DNA of 35,855 nucleotides from Candidatus Hydrogenedentota bacterium (lineage in GTDB: Bacteria > Hydrogenedentota > Hydrogenedentia > Hydrogenedentales > SLHB01). The position numbers and the translations under genes were made by a program. This document shows, piece by piece, positions 35,454-35,855 of the stretch; within the stretch, counting starts at the first letter, position 1; each line of letters begins with the position of its first letter. The stretch spans positions 1 to 35,855 of the forward strand of contig JAWXCN010000121.1 of assembly GCA_034408725.1 (NCBI GenBank), given 5' to 3'. The notes under the pieces were generated by a model. It searched no databases. It was not told the origin of the DNA and worked only from the letters and a program-made list of their open reading frames with translations.

Positions 35454-35530
35454 GCGGGAGTAGCTCAGTTGGCTAGAGCGTCAGCCTTCCAAGCTGAGGG
35501 TCGCGGGTTCGAATCCCGTCTCCCGCTCCA
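35454..35530 (+). tRNA. tRNA-Gly(TCC)
   Basis: GCGGGAG/CTCCCGC acceptor stem; TCAGC-CTTCCAA-GCTGA; GGTTCGAATC; CCA. Confidence 0.97.
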
Positions 35531-35543
35531 TTAACTTATGCGT

Positions 35544-35619
35544 GCCCGCGTAGCTCAGTTGGCAGAGCGCCTCCATGGTAAGGAGGAGGTCAGCAGTTCG
35601 ATTCTGCTCGCGGGCTCCA
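35544..35619 (+). tRNA. tRNA-Thr(GGT)
   Basis: GCCCGCG/CGCGGGC acceptor stem; CCTCC-ATGGTAA-GGAGG; GTTCGA; CCA. Confidence 0.97.
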
Positions 35620-35743
35620 TTGAATGACACGCGCGCGGGAATCTCCCGCGCGCAGGTTTTGATCCGCATGGTAAGACGGAAACGCCCGCGGGGTAGCGGG
35701 AGGGCGCGCGTCCCCGCGCGATAAATGTGTACGACCCGGGTGA

Positions 35744-35855
<112 letters not shown>

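Noticed and set aside
34970-35619. tRNA genes as integration sites for the accessory region
   Set aside because: I saw no duplicated tRNA 3' end elsewhere in the window, and there is no integrase or phage gene.

Overview
GC-rich bacterial chromosomal window. A Candidatus Hydrogenedentes/Planctomycete-like origin is a guess from the gene and repeat style only. Left (1-11.6 kb): end of a dcw cluster (murE partial, murF, mraY with a ~130-aa insertion, murD, ftsW, murG). It runs directly into an HD-GYP protein, an HGSNAT/DUF5009-like membrane acyltransferase and an SGNH/AlgJ-like protein instead of murC-ftsZ. Middle (11.6-30.8 kb): a plastic accessory region holding an HNH nuclease, nested and decayed PIN (VapC-like) toxin-antitoxin modules, divergent oxyR-katA, many secreted or small hypotheticals, a duplicated 157-aa gene, gene remnants and at least five REP-like palindrome families. 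Right: a Hel308/Ski2-like helicase with non-canonical motifs II/VI fused to an OmpR-like winged helix, behind a promoter whose spacer holds a CTG-N10-CAG palindrome. Then a BNR/sialidase-like gene split by an in-frame TAG, and the tRNA Thr-Tyr-Gly-Thr-tuf operon with an inverted-heptamer-flanked spacer. All family calls come from motifs recognised by eye; no searches were run.
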